DNA of 48,627 nucleotides from Chiloscyllium plagiosum (taxonomy: Eukaryota), in NCBI RefSeq assembly GCF_004010195.1, contig NC_057711.1:81605366-81653992 (forward strand), read 5' to 3'. Numbering within the stretch: the first letter of the stretch is position 1; each line of letters starts with the position of its first letter. The notes below the pieces were generated by a model. It was given only the letters and a program-made list of their open reading frames with translations. It made no database searches and had not been told where the DNA came from. Below are positions 25,930-38,349 of this stretch, one piece after another. Made by a program: the position numbers and the translations under genes.

Positions 25930-28516
25930 CTTTAAATTAAGCAAAAATGAATAATATTATCATAACATTTCTTTATAATCTCAGATAAATTATCACTATG
26001 TTTTCCCTGAATCTGTTCATTGAAAGCCACCTTTTTTGTAAAATCTGGTATTGAATGAAATTGGAACCTGAAACAGCATTATAATTTTGCCAATGTTATA
26101 TGTAGGTGATGTGATGTTGCTAATATAATTATCCTTTATGACCGCAAACAGGATATTTTGAAATTAATGAACTCTTTCTTCTTTCAGCTTTTATTTTTTA
26201 TCTTGACTCCGATTCTCTCCCAGATGAAGCATTTAGCCGTTTTAGATGTTGCTCAAGTGCAGTGTGGGTCTAATATTTATTTTATGTATTTATAGCTGTT
26301 TTTCTCTTAATTCATTTAACTGACACTCTTTCTAAATATAATTTTAAAAATTGAACCATAATCCCCATGGTGTTGCTTGAATGCTCAATGCTCTAGGATG
26401 CAAGGGTGGATTAGAGTCTGGCCCTCTAACCATAGGTGGTTATAAGTGCAGGTAAGCACATGAGTGCCAGGTGGGCTGATTAAAAGGTCTACCTAACCAT
26501 CACTCATCACCTCCATCCCAACTCATACTCTCAATTTACCCTTTGCCCTCAGAATCCCTCCATATTATATCTATAGTTACTCATCCAGTATTCAGTATGG
26601 CCAGATCTATGGAGCCAGATGGAGATGAAGTTAATAGCAAAATTTAATAGACCCCTCACTCTGACACAAAACTGAAAATAACTCTCATTAATAAATTCTA
26701 AAATTTTAAAAACCCAATCAGTGTTGAATTTGTAATATAAAAACTTCTAGTCAATAACACATCAAAAATTGCTAGTCCTTTAACAACTCTTCAAGCCGGT
26801 GATCAAATTTTAAACTCAGTCACTGTTAATTACACAGGTGCATTTCTAGTATCTGAAACTCAGCCAAGCATTCACAATGATCCAGCTGCAAGAACATACT
26901 TAAGAAATATGAACAAAAACTCTATTGAAACTGCTAACACTATTAGCTTCAGTCTGTTTATTTTAATATTTAAAGGACAAGGAATTAAAAGAACTTCACA
27001 TCATGACATGTAAACCAAGTTTATATAATCTTCAAGAGTCTTCTGTCAACTCAATAAAATTGTGAATCTCACATTGCAAGTTGCCCTTGGAATAATGAAA
27101 ATGAGCTTGGTTTGAACTCAGCAATAATTTCAAATGGTCCTGCTGAGGTTGGCCTTCCTGACTTTGTGATTCATATCCTGTCCACTTCATGACAGGAAGA
27201 ATGTAATGTCAGAAATCTGGGTGGAACCTCCACATCCAGTTAGAGACATCCAGGCCATTTATAAAGGTCTCTGGAGTTGGTCCAACACTCCAGCATTATA
27301 CTTTCCTTCTCTTTTCTCATTGGTCTGAAATGGCCCTGTAACCTTTGGTTCCTTTAAATTTAAAATTTTCAACTGTCAAGTGCAGGTCATCATCAAGCCT
27401 ACCTGCTCTGATTGATTGGAAAACCATAACGCATGATGCCAATATCATGTTTGAGTTATAAGCCAAGGGAAAATGCCCTCTGCAAGCTTTTGGGTTCCTG
27501 ACCAGCTGCTGGTTCACCTCACAGTGGGCAAAAAACAGTTATATAGTAAAAGATCTGCCTAATGACTCTCAAAGTTAGTCTCATGACTCTATTCTGAATC
27601 AGCATAGTTGCTTGAATAGATATAGTACTGAGCATAAAAGTGAGGAATAATTGGTTCCACAGGTTGGCACAACATCTAGGGCCAAAGGGCCTGTACTGCT
27701 CTGTAATGTTCTATGTTCTAATGCTGTATGTTGGCTTTCAGTATGTTGTATTTCGCAGTATGATTTCTTTGCATAAGGCATTCCCAAACTGAACCTCGTC
27801 TTGGTGACAATGAAATGCCACTTTGGTTGGAGTATTTTTTCCAAACTTAATGTGGAACAATGCATAAAAGCAGGAGGACATGTGCTTGAGGTTAGGTCAC
27901 GTTTTCCCATGTGATTATGTTCTTCTCATCTCATCACACATTCATGCATGGGTAGATCACCACATTTAATGGGCAGAAAATTCTTTCCTCTGCCAGGACC
28001 TTCCAGGCTCCAACATCCAGACACCCTGTTTAACAGTCACCTGGACAGCACTTCATTCTCTGCAACCCAGGAGCATCCCTTAGCCTCTCATCACCCCAAT
28101 CTTTCCTGGAGAAACCAGAGACCAGGCAAAAAATGGCACCACACATTAGCAAAGCCGCCCTTGAGATTTTCCTGGAGGCTGCCCACAAGTTATTTTCCCT
28201 ATAGATGGCAAGAAGAAATTGTCTGCCCTGTGAAGAACAAGAATAGTAAAATGGCATAAGAACAGGAGAATGATGCAGTGGACATTACACACTGGGCATC
28301 GCAATATCAAAATAATGTTCCTAAATTATGCTCCAAGCATGCTTTTAATAGATTAAATATTGTGGGGACTGTGAAACAATTTGATGAAACGTGCCGCAGG
28401 ACAAGAAGGCTCAATATTGACAGAACAATTTGTTTTTCCTCTCATGAGGTTACACTACCTTGTAGTGACTATCTAATAAGCACAAATCTACTTAATATGG
28501 AAACAAGATTATTCAC

Positions 28517-28631
28517 CTCAATCATGTCAACCCATTCTCGTACATTGAGGAAACTCTTTTCACACGTGATATCATACAGCAATAAAACACCATCGGCGCG
28601 TCTAAAATAGGATTTGGCAATACTCCGAAAT
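28517..28631 (-). CDS. RASEF: RASEF exon: switch II and RabF motifs
   Basis: tttttcag|A ... GAG|gtgaat, 115 nt. [38 protein letters not shown]. Confidence 0.96.
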
Positions 28632-29711
28632 CTGAAAAATAAACAACATGACCATGGCATCCACTTCACAGCTAAACATTTCATTTTCTTAAAAAGTAGT
28701 ACATTGCTAAATATGTTTCTAGAACCATTAACACATAATCAATAATTACATTTTCTTTTCTTTGGCAATTGTTTATGTTCATTAAGGAGAAGTCTTGTAA
28801 ACTAATTTCAGAACCTCCACTGCAAACTTCAGCTCGGCAGTGCCTATAGTTTCAGCACTTTAGATACTGCATGCGCGCACAATGCTGCAGGAACTACCTC
28901 AGGTAACATTTTGATGCTGGACATTAGGAGAATTTTCAGAAGTACATGGAGTCAGCAGACTGGGAGAGGAATCAGAGTGTACTGCTGCTCTGATGCCAGC
29001 AATGCCATTATTGACCTCTGTGCTCCAGCTAATGCCCTCTCAAACAAGCACCACCAAACATGCATTCAGTCAGTACTATTTGAAAGGGGGCAAAAGAATG
29101 TACTTATGTACATCAAATGAACCACGGTTCAACACCAAGGACAATTAAAAGGATATTAAGGTGGAGTCTAGTCATGGAATCTATAATTACAAGTATCCTT
29201 GAGCTGTAGCATATGAGGGAGGTGGAGCAGAGAGAGCAGAAAAGAAGAAAAGCTGCTTACTGAGAGAGGACCAAGAATGCACAGGGAGAGCACAACTGGA
29301 TTTTCATAGAGTTGGAGAGATTTCATGGGACTCAATTCACACGTGAATTCCATGGGACTCATTTGCAGGATTCCCTACCCGTTGTCTCCAATTTTCAACA
29401 GTGAAGATTAATGGGACAAGTTGGCTCAGATCTCAAGCCTCTGACAATGGTTCAAGTGTTGGGCAAAGCATGACATGGAGGGTGGGGGAATAAGATGGCA
29501 TGGAGAGTTTGTGGGAACTGGAACGGTGTGGGACCTGTCACAGAGTCCCAGAGCACTGAGGCAGGTCATTTACCCAAACCTCCTCAGCACGTTGTAGTCT
29601 CCGTTGTTCACTCGAAACTATTTCTGGGGGTAGCAGAGCCAACTCAAGCAAGCATCCGTGACCTTGTGTTATGGACCAGGCCAGACCCCCATAAAACGTT
29701 TCAAGAAGGTA

Positions 29712-30064
29712 GCTCAGACCCTAATTATTTTAGTTGTTTTAAGCAGGTGTAATGTGGATATTCTAGGAGTGATGTAGCTGACCCAACCACTTAGTTTTAA
29801 ACAAAACAGAATTTATCTTGCAAATGAATCTCAAACAAAAGAGAACAGAATATAGAATAACTTAACTATTTAAAAAGCCAATTGACTCTATGCTCAGACC
29901 CTAATTATTTTAGTTGTTTTAAGCAGGTGTAATGTGGATATTCTAGGAGTGATGTAGCTGACCCAACCACTTAAAAAAACAGAATTTATCTTGCAAATGA
30001 AACTCAAACAAAAGAGAACAGAATATAGAATAACTTAACTATTTAAAAAGCCAATTGACTCTAT
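29712..30064 (+). repeat. Tandem duplication, units 29712-29891 (180 bp) and 29892-30064 (173 bp)
   Basis: Two near-identical units starting gctcagaccctaattatttt and ending ccaattgactctat. Confidence 0.95.
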
Positions 30065-30162
30065 CGCAACTTAATGAAGCTGTTCCAAATACTTGCAAAC
30101 ATCCCCATAAACAACCCATTGGCAAAAAATGGTAAAATTAAACACAGGTTCTTCGGAGAGAT

Positions 30163-30165
<3 letters not shown>

Positions 30166-30202
<37 letters not shown>
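30166..30202 (+). repeat. (AG)n microsatellite, about 18 units
   Basis: Uninterrupted agagag run. Confidence 0.97.
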
Positions 30203-30204
<2 letters not shown>

Positions 30205-30794
30205 CAGCATGGAGCTGTTTCCTTGAACAGCAACCTCAAATATTGACTGCTTGCTCAAACCAAACTAAACCAAACCAGAGAAAAGCTGAGATGGGAGAAA
30301 TGACCACTCCCCTTTCATTGTACAAGTCTTTTGTTTTCAAAATTTGAAAGCCTTTTACCTAAGGCAGTATCTGTTAGCTACAATCAAATTGGTCCTAACC
30401 CATACAAACCAGACAGATCAGAATCTATGTGTTTATGATCCCTCTGAAAAAGAAACTAAGGACAACTTAACCTTGTTAAAGGAACAGCATTATCACACTT
30501 AAACAAAAGCCCCACATTTCTCACATTTTCTCCTGAGGCAAGCATGTTGAGACAAGAAATTTATCAACCTGCTACCTGCTTCAAAGGTGAAAATCTAAAC
30601 CAAGTGTGGTGTTTTTGCTTCACAAGATAGGTGCTTATGGAAATCTGCCACCTTTTCAGGCAAAACAGTAACCTCAGAGCATAGTGACATTGGCACCGTT
30701 GATAGCTATGAAGATGAAGCATGGCAATGAACTTCTTAGCATTGGGATCCTCCCAGTGTAGAGAAAGTGTCACCTTTTAACTTCTCCCACACAA

Positions 30795-31680
30795 ATGCAA
30801 AAGTAAAAACTGCAGATGTTGGAGTGCAAAACAAACAAAGTGCTAAAGATACTCAGCCGGTCAGGTCTGTGCAGAGAAACAGGGTTCATATTTCGGGATG
30901 ATGACCCGTCATCAGAAAGGAACTATTGAACTGCAGTGTGGTCTAAGTAAATGAGGAAGAGAAAGAAATACAAAAGGGCAGCTGTGTGATTGGATGGATG
31001 GCAAGAGAGATTAAATTATGCAAAGTGAAGGAATAATGAAAGAGATTAAATAAAGTCATCAGCAAAAAGGAACAAAATGGAGGCAGCATTTATAATCAAA
31101 AATCTTTGAATTCAATGTTGAGTCAAGAAAGCTGCAGAGTTGCAAGTTAAAACGTGAGGTGACATTTCTCAAACATGCATTGAGCTACAGTGTACCAAGA
31201 ATAGAACAGTTGGAGTGAGAGTAAGGTGGGGAATTAAAACGACAAGTGACAGGACACTCACAGCCATGCTTGTGGACTGAACAGAGGGCTTGGGAGTGAG
31301 TTCAACAACTTCAGATCACAACCTCTGAGTCCACTTGTTTTGTTTCTTTTGTTCATGTGTTTTTTTTTAATCTTACTTCACATGGCACCTGGACAGTTGT
31401 TATTCGGTTATTCCCACCTCATCTGGCCACATCCTTTCTTTCTCTACCTGTCCCATTTGGCCTTTGCAGCATAAAATCTTGTCATTTAATCTCTTCTGCC
31501 ATTCACCCTATCACAGACATTTACATTTGCTCTCCTTCCCCGCACCCCCTTCCACTTATTCAATATCTATTATATATTCATTGAGCTGAAACATTAATGA
31601 TCTTTCCCTTCATAGATGCTGCCTGAGCTGCTGAATGTGTTCAACACTTTTGTTTTTAGATCAACATCTCCTAGCTTGAT
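30795..31680. mobile_element. Two inverted Penelope-like 3' ends (minus ~30795-31280, plus ~31280-31680)
   Basis: Minus strand encodes a degenerate GIY-YIG C-terminal motif (HLTF*LATLQLS*LNIEF, ~31105-31165) and CUGAUGA-CGGG..CCC-GAAA (30891-30915). The plus part has ..EFNNFRS and the reciprocal terminus gatgctgcctgagctgctga. Confidence 0.7.
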
Positions 31681-32200
31681 GACTATGAACATTCAGGGGA
31701 AAGGCAAACTCTCTTTACACCTGTAGACGTGAGTACATTGTGTCCTCTCAGACCAGAGAAAAGCAGGCAGAGCACGCATGTAGCTTTGGCAGGACAGCGG
31801 TCTTCTCTCATTGTGTAGGGGCTGTCAGTGACTGCACACGTTTTGCAGACAACACAAGTAAATGAACAGATAAAATACAAATGCATTGAAAAACAGTGTG
31901 TTTATGCCTACTGAACTCACTAGCATGGGAGTGGTGTTACTTTCAGATAAAGTTAAGTAGATAAAAGGTTTTTTTCTTAAATTATCACTTACATGTAGCA
32001 TCCCAACACACTTCTGCTTACTGACAAGGCAGGAGAGTGTGTTTCAGGTTGTAATTAACCCTCTTTTGTTTTCAATACCTTAAATTGTTATCCTGCTCAA
32101 AAGCTAATTAACAGATGATAAAACGTACACGCAACATATACACTTGGTTTTAATGTATGTGTAATTTTGTCAGTTTAAAACTTGCTCATTTCTATTTTAC

Positions 32201-32282
32201 CTCTCTTGACCTGCAGTATCCCATAACTGCAACACTGTTCGTTCTCCATCAACAATTAAAGTTTTCATCTGAAAATCAACTC
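32201..32282 (-). CDS. RASEF: RASEF exon: Rab G2/G3 region
   Basis: caaacag|GA ... AG|gtaaaa, 82 nt. (G)[26 protein letters not shown](R); WDTAGQE G3 motif; phases 1-2 match the neighbouring exons. Confidence 0.96.
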
Positions 32283-32396
32283 CTGTTTGAAAAATAAGAA
32301 GGACATGGAGATAAGTGCATGCTGCTCTCAGTGACAGGCAGTTTTTTGCTCACGTCCTGATAATACCCAGCTACAGTCATATATTCTCAATACAAG

Positions 32397-32725
32397 GGAG
32401 GCAATGTTGACATAGTGGTAACATTAATGGACTCGCAATCCAGAATTCTGGGTTAATGTTCTGGAGACATAGCAGATGGTGAAATTTACATTTTAATAAA
32501 ATCTGGAATAAAATGCAGGCCCAATGGTGATCACTGTCAATTCTCATAAAAGCCCATTTGATTCATTAATGTCCTTAAGGAAAAGAAATCTGCTGTCCTT
32601 ACCTGGTCTGACCTACGTGTGACACCAAATCCTCAGCAACATAGTTGACTCTTTACTGCTCTCAGGGCAATTAGGGATGGGCAATAAATGCTGGACTAGC
32701 CAGTGATGCTCATATCGTGACCAAA
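32397..32725 (+). mobile_element. tRNA-derived SINE sharing its 3' tail with the 9549-12150 LINE
   Basis: Head gggaggcaatgttgacatagtggtaa; tail gggcaattagggatgggcaataaatgctggactagccagtgatgc. Related copies at 34428-34800 (+), ~38550-38880 (-), and a head at ~18330-18400 (+). Confidence 0.8.
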
Positions 32726-32744
32726 TTTTAAAACTCAGGCATTT

Positions 32745-33035
32745 CTATACTATCAGATTGCCTGTCTAATATCAAATTATGGGTGCTTTAAAATCTGGTT
32801 CAACTGATCACTTGGAAGATTAAATCCATTGCTTTTGATTCTCACCATCAAAACCTACTCAAAATCCGAAAGTTCTGGATTCTTTCAGCATCTATAGTTC
32901 TATGCTTTATTTTCTAAATCTGTTCCCTCGCCACTGACTCCAAACTGTCCTTGGCTCGTTACACAGGCTGAATCAAGTATGAAAATGCTCTGGTATTCTG
33001 ACTATGAATTATGTTTTAAAATCACAAGATCATCA
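32745..33035 (+). mobile_element. L2-like LINE relic
   Basis: Degenerate SDCLSNIKLW..NLVQL..KIKSIAF..LNQ..DYELCF. Confidence 0.55.
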
Positions 33036-33679
33036 TCAAGATTACTACTATCTACCTCCAGAAGATTGTTTACCACAGTGACATTTTGTATCTGCACATT
33101 CCTTACCTCTACAGTCGATTCAAACATCATTCTTCCACTGTGTATAGCTGCATATATTCCAATGTGCCCAAAACACAGCTGACTGCATCCTATTGCACAC
33201 CTCATATCGTCCCCCACTGGTCAATGCAGTCTGAGTCATCCATCACATTTAATTCAAAATTTTCATTCTCTTGCTCATTTTCACTCACTCTGCATCTGCA
33301 CCCTCCAGCCTTAAGTCCTTCCTTCACTCTTTGTTTCATAAACCCAAGCCTGCCTCCTCTCTTGGACTGTACCACTGATGACAAACCCATTAGCTGCCTC
33401 AACTCTTCATTTCACATCTGAATTTGAAATCTACAGATGCAATAATGAGATTTCTTTGCCTATTATCCTATAATTGAATAACCGTTATGTTCTGAAGTCC
33501 GTGAATTGTACAAGACAAAAATATTTTCTCTATAAAAATACTGTAAACATTTTAACAACCATGGGGAGCAATATTATTGAATATGTAATCTGTAAACCTA
33601 AATTCAATATATCATTCGGCTGTAAATTTAGTATCAGCTTTAGGTATCCGTGTAGATTCATAAATCGGATTAACATTTC

Positions 33680-33870
33680 AGTGCTCTGCAGGGGGAGGAC
33701 TGCAATATCCAGCAGTGATGTCTTTAATCTGAGACTGTTTAGCCAGCCTCTCCTCTCTGAGGTAGATGTACAGGATTCATGACTCTATTCAAAGAAGACC
33801 ATAGAGGTTCTCCTGCTGGCTTGGTCAATAACATCCATCACCCAATATCATTAAATACATGGCTGACCAT
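33680..33870 (+). mobile_element. DeuSINE (SacSINE1/AmnSINE1-like) Deu-domain fragment
   Basis: gtcttt...tgagac.gtt.a.cc...ctct.aggt.gatgta.a.gat.catg.c.ctattc.aagaaga..a..g..gttctcc...tggtcaata, resembling the remembered Deu-domain consensus. Confidence 0.6.
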
Positions 33871-33904
33871 TGGTGCTGGGGCCTCAACTCTTCACAACTT
33901 ACAG

Positions 33905-34385
33905 ATATGATTTAGAATGAAGAGACCAATGGAATGGTGACTAAATTTATTGATGACACAAAAATGGTTAGGAAAATGAATTGTGAAGCAGACATAGGAG
34001 CTGACATAGATACAGCTTTAGAGAGTGGACAATCATCTGACAAATGGAGTATAATATGAAACAGTGAGAAACTGTCCATTTTGGCAGAAGAAATAAAAAG
34101 GCATACTATCGAAATGGTAAGAGCTTGCAGAGCTCTAAGACGCTGAGAGATCAGAGTGTTCTCGTGCATGAATCATAACAGGTTGTGCAGGTACATCAAG
34201 TAATCGGAAAAGCTCATAGAATGTTACGGTTTATTGCAAGGAGAGTTAAGTGCAAGATGAAAGATTATCGTGGATATGCAGAAATGCAGAGTTGAGATTA
34301 TAATCAGATCAACCATGAATTTATTGAATGGTGGAGCAAGCTCAAAGGACCGAGTGGCCTACTCTTATTCTTTGATGGTATGTTC
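33905..34385 (+). mobile_element. Internally deleted CR1 relic
   Basis: KFIDDTKM, ..LRDQSVLVHES, FIAR, and tail gagtggcctactcttattc. Confidence 0.75.
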
Positions 34386-34427
34386 AGAACTCATTCAAGA
34401 GCTTTTACAGTGAGACAAACAGCACTT

Positions 34428-34800
34428 AGGGAGACAGGTGCAGAATGGTAATGTCACTGGTCCAGTAATCCAAAATCCGCGACTGCACTGGGGACATGGT
34501 TTCAAATCCCATCAAAGCACATCATGAAATTTCAAATCACTAAGATTTGTAAATGGAGGACAGCTTAATGGCAACCACTATTAATTGTCATAAAAATCCA
34601 TCTGTCCCTTAATATCTTCGAAGCAAAGAAATCTGCCATCTTTACTTGTCCAGACCTGCATATGAGACCAGATACAAAGCAAGGTGGTCAACTCTTTACC
34701 AATCTCTGAAATGACCCAGCAAACCATTCTGTTGCAGGGCAATTATGGATAGTCAATAAATTTTGGATTATCCAGTGATGCCCGCATGTCATCATCAAAA
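34428..34800 (+). mobile_element. tRNA-derived SINE (same family as 32397-32725)
   Basis: B-box-like ggtttcaaatccc; gaaatctgccatctttacttgtccagacctgcat; tail gggcaattatggatagtcaataaat. Confidence 0.75.
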
Positions 34801-35363
34801 AAAGTAAAAAAGTAGGCATTTTCATCAGTTCAAAGACTACCCACTGACTGCAGCATTTGAGATGGGAGAGGTGGTGTCTCCTCAACATTTCAAACATTTG
34901 GAGCAATGGAGATTCACTGTCAATAACTTCTGGGTTTTCAACTTATTTGTGCACATGCAAACTTCCAAGATGTTGGCCCAGTGGAATATTATAGCAAATA
35001 TTAACATTTTCCTTGTCATTAACACTGCAAAAGATGGGTCATCATCTGCTAATTAATTCCATTGGTTTTTGTGGATCTTCAGGGTCAAAGGGTCTGTTCC
35101 ATGTTGTATGTCTCTATGACTTAGTCAGCTCTTCCCAAAGCTGGGGGTGTGGTTCAACATCAACTTGAGAAGGTTGAGCCAGCAAATTTCATAGAAATCA
35201 AAAGCATATGAACAATATAAACAAGTAGAAACTGAATCACTGGCCATTCTGGCAGATGTGTCTAAAACAGGCAGCCACTGAAATGCTAATGAAGCTGACT
35301 GACAGTGGAATAAAGATAGGAAAAAGTAAAAGGAAGCAAGGTATTTAAACTGATGAAACATAC

Positions 35364-35511
35364 CTAAAGTGGCACTGGTGTTCCCACGAAACTCATTCTT
35401 GCAGAGTCGTAGCAGAAAGCTTGATTTGCCCACAGCTGCATCCCCAGCAAGCACTATCTTGAAAGTCTTTTCTGACTGAGGATATTTGAAGTTCCCAGCT
35501 GTGCTAGTAGG
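35364..35511 (-). CDS. RASEF: RASEF exon: start of the Rab GTPase domain (P-loop/G1, switch I Thr)
   Basis: tttattcag|CCT ... TTA G|gtatgt, 148 nt. [49 protein letters not shown](G); G1 motif GDAAVGKS. Confidence 0.96.
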
Positions 35512-36511
35512 CTGAATAAAGGAAATGTTTCAATCAGAAACCACTTTGTTCAATTCAAAACACATTTATGAGTCCTGAACCGAGCAAAATAAGTACTTTT
35601 TACTGTCAGGCAAATCAATTAATTAGTCTGCTCGCTAATTCACATGTTGCTCCCATCTACTCAGGTGATTGGACAGTCTGATTGGAAAATATATTTTTCT
35701 ACATTCCAAGTTGTTTTAAAGAAAAGTAATTAAATTCAAATTATGTCATGTACTTCCATTTAAATGAGGTTTAGTGACCTAATGGAAAAAATAAAACCAG
35801 CTCTTAAATAGTGCTATTGCGAATAGTATTTAATAGCCACCAGCGAGAATTTAAGTATCAATGTTATGGATTTATTTTCCTCCCTCTTTCTGAGACCATT
35901 CATTTCTACTGACATGTGTTTTCATTTCTATTACTCTCATTTGGCACATTTATCAAAACAGATATTGTTCATACATGAATGGGAGTGAAAGAGTTGAATT
36001 TACATGACCAATATTCTTCAGCACTGGCCAAAACTTCTATTTTTGTCTTTTGCTACAATGCTTCTACAGGACTCTTCCTGAATTTATGACAGCGTAAAGG
36101 AGGTCCACAGAAGTTAGTGGTACTGTCATCTACGGGAAACTTAACCATAGAAAGAGAAAGGATTGGAAGTGGGGATAAAGGGATGAAAAAGAATCTTAAA
36201 TTTCACGCCCACCCCTGGACTTACTTCACCCACCAGCTGCAGTCACTGCAAATTGGACATGAAAGTAGAGAGATTACATACCCAGGAGACAACTATGCTA
36301 AGTCTCATTGATATTAGCTAAGTCAATACTAGTAACAGACTGATTTGAATTATCCCTGATGACACTGGGAATTCAGCATTCTTTTTTAAATCAGGGTTAT
36401 AAATAAAGTCTAAATAAATACAAATCAACAACCACTTGATTTGCATTAACATTTTAAAAAATGGAACTAACAGAGGTAAAGTGTTTTTCAGAAATACGTA
36501 ACAAGTATTAC

Positions 36512-36652
36512 CTGTGGTGAAAATGCAGAGATACAGCGCCGTGAAGAGGAGACTCCAGAATTGCTCCGACTCACTGCTTGCGAGGGTTTCCAGTCCAAAA
36601 CAGTGTTTGTACTGTCCTGGCTAAAAGCCATCTCATCCTGCGTGTCGAGCAC
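36512..36652 (-). CDS. RASEF: RASEF linker exon, duplicate copy B (141 nt, phase 0-0)
   Basis: ctttgtag|GTG ... CAG|gtaata. Open frame VLDTQDEMAFSQDSTNTVLDWKPSQAVSRSNSGVSSSRRCISAFSPQ, in frame with the next exon. Confidence 0.87.
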
Positions 36653-36809
36653 CTACAAAGAATTCGCAAATATGCTGTAACCCACAAGAGCTAAAAGTAG
36701 TAGACCACCTCCACTGACTCTAACAATAATCATCAGTAACTACTCCAGCAACCGCCTCTAGGCAAACAATAAGAGAAATAGCAATTCATTTTTATGAAAT
36801 TAGTTAACA

Positions 36810-37450
36810 AAATCTATTAGCTAGGACACCAAGAAAACTGCACCATTTTTCATCAAATCATAGCACAGGATCTTTTACTTCGACCAGAAGAGTAGATGGA
36901 TCCTGTGTATAGTGTTTATCTAAAAAAACAAACAGCACTTTTGACAGGACAGCATTGAAGCCTCAGCCTTTGCAATGTGTTAAAGTCTTGGAGTGTGGTT
37001 CAAGTCCACAGTCTCAGAGGTTAAAGCACTACCATGTGCCAAGACCGACATCTGATGAGCTTTTTACCCTTAATTTCATTCCAGATGTTTCAATCTAGTA
37101 GCCATCCTCTTAATAGCATGACGGCGCATACAGAATAGAGTGCTGAGGGGATGCTCGCATTCTCACTCTTGCAGTTTTTCAGATGAAATATTAAAGAGAG
37201 GACATGTCTGTCTTTTATTAGTGCACGTAAAGAAATCTTTTTCCAACTTTCAAAGAAACAGTGTAAATTGATTCAATTCTCCCACCAATATTCAATGCAC
37301 ATTCAACTCTATCCTAATGGATAACTGCTTTATTTATCTCGCTATTGATTGTGTGCCTTGTTAGGTGTACATGTGCTGATAAATTTGCCCTTAATGTACT
37401 GCATCAATTGAGTAGTACAAAGCCTGTGATTCCTCAGAGTAAGATAATAA
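36810..37450. mobile_element. Two degenerate DeuSINE-like copies in inverted orientation (minus ~36810-37050, plus ~37135-37450)
   Basis: Plus copy gtgctgagggga.gct.gcatt...ttttcagatgaaatattaaa.agagg...gtgcacgtaaaga. Minus copy gtaaaagatcctgtgcta..tttga...ggtgtcctagctaata with a tRNA-like head near 37000-37050. Confidence 0.55.
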
Positions 37451-38349
37451 TCTCAATCAATAGCAACCAGTGAGATAGGTAACAGAAGAGGATCAGAGGG
37501 ATATTTGAGGTACCACTGAGCTCTGAAATGTGGTTTTGTTAGCAATCTGAAAGCAGATCACCAGCCTGTCCTTCAAGCACAAAGAAAGGGGGCAGTATAG
37601 AGTAGGCAAAAGGATAAAGCAAACAGAAAGGTACATTTTAATTAAGTGTGGACAATCTAATAACGTTATGAACGTGGGGTCAAAAATGGGTTAGTTATCA
37701 TTACGGTACTTTGCAGCCAGTTTCCATAGAGTAAATTATGAGTACAAAAGATCCTGGGAAATCTGTGCTGTAAATTGTTCAATTCCAAAATAGTTCAGTT
37801 CTATTATGCATGACATACTTTCTCAATACTCGAAGAAAATGAAGCTTAGAAAGATAAGAGGAGTATGCTATGCAGTTCCTTGAGGCCATTTCACAATTTA
37901 ATTAAGTTATTGCTAATCTGTATCTTGACTCTATTTACTGGCTTTTGTTCTATGTCCCTCGATATCTTGACCTAATAGAAGTCTTTTGATCACAGTCTCA
38001 AAGTTTTTTGGATATGTTTTTTTCCTTATTTCTACCATCTTTTGTGCAAAAAAGCTACTTCCTGATTTAACTTCTTTTCCTGCTGTTTTAAGATTGCGCT
38101 CCTCATGCTGGATTCTCCACCTGAATCTGTATCTGCACAAGTAGATACACAGTATTTTACCCTCCAGCTTCTAATTAAACACAACATGGATAAAGGGGAA
38201 TCTTGTGGATATGCTGTACTTAGATTTGCAGAAGACAAAATGCCACATCTAAGGTTGCTATGTAAAATAAGTGCATGCAGTTTAGGGGCTAAGAGAAATG
38301 GTTCACCTAACAGGAAACAGATTGATTTTGAGGTTGGCAAGATGTGATA

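Larger units (their letters stand above)
29667..30497. mobile_element. Solo LTR related to the Gmr1-like LTRs, with internal tandem duplication and (AG)n
   Basis: TGTTAT...ATCACA ends; flanks cttg / ctta (4-bp TSD with 1 mismatch). Segments resemble 8760-9257 (ctgttccaa.tac...cataaaca.ccc.ttggcaaa; ttaaa..a.ag.att.tcaca). Confidence 0.75.

Noticed and set aside
29712..30064. Direct repeats as a CRISPR-like array
   Set aside because: Only two adjacent ~180-bp units with no unique spacers, in a vertebrate LTR context.
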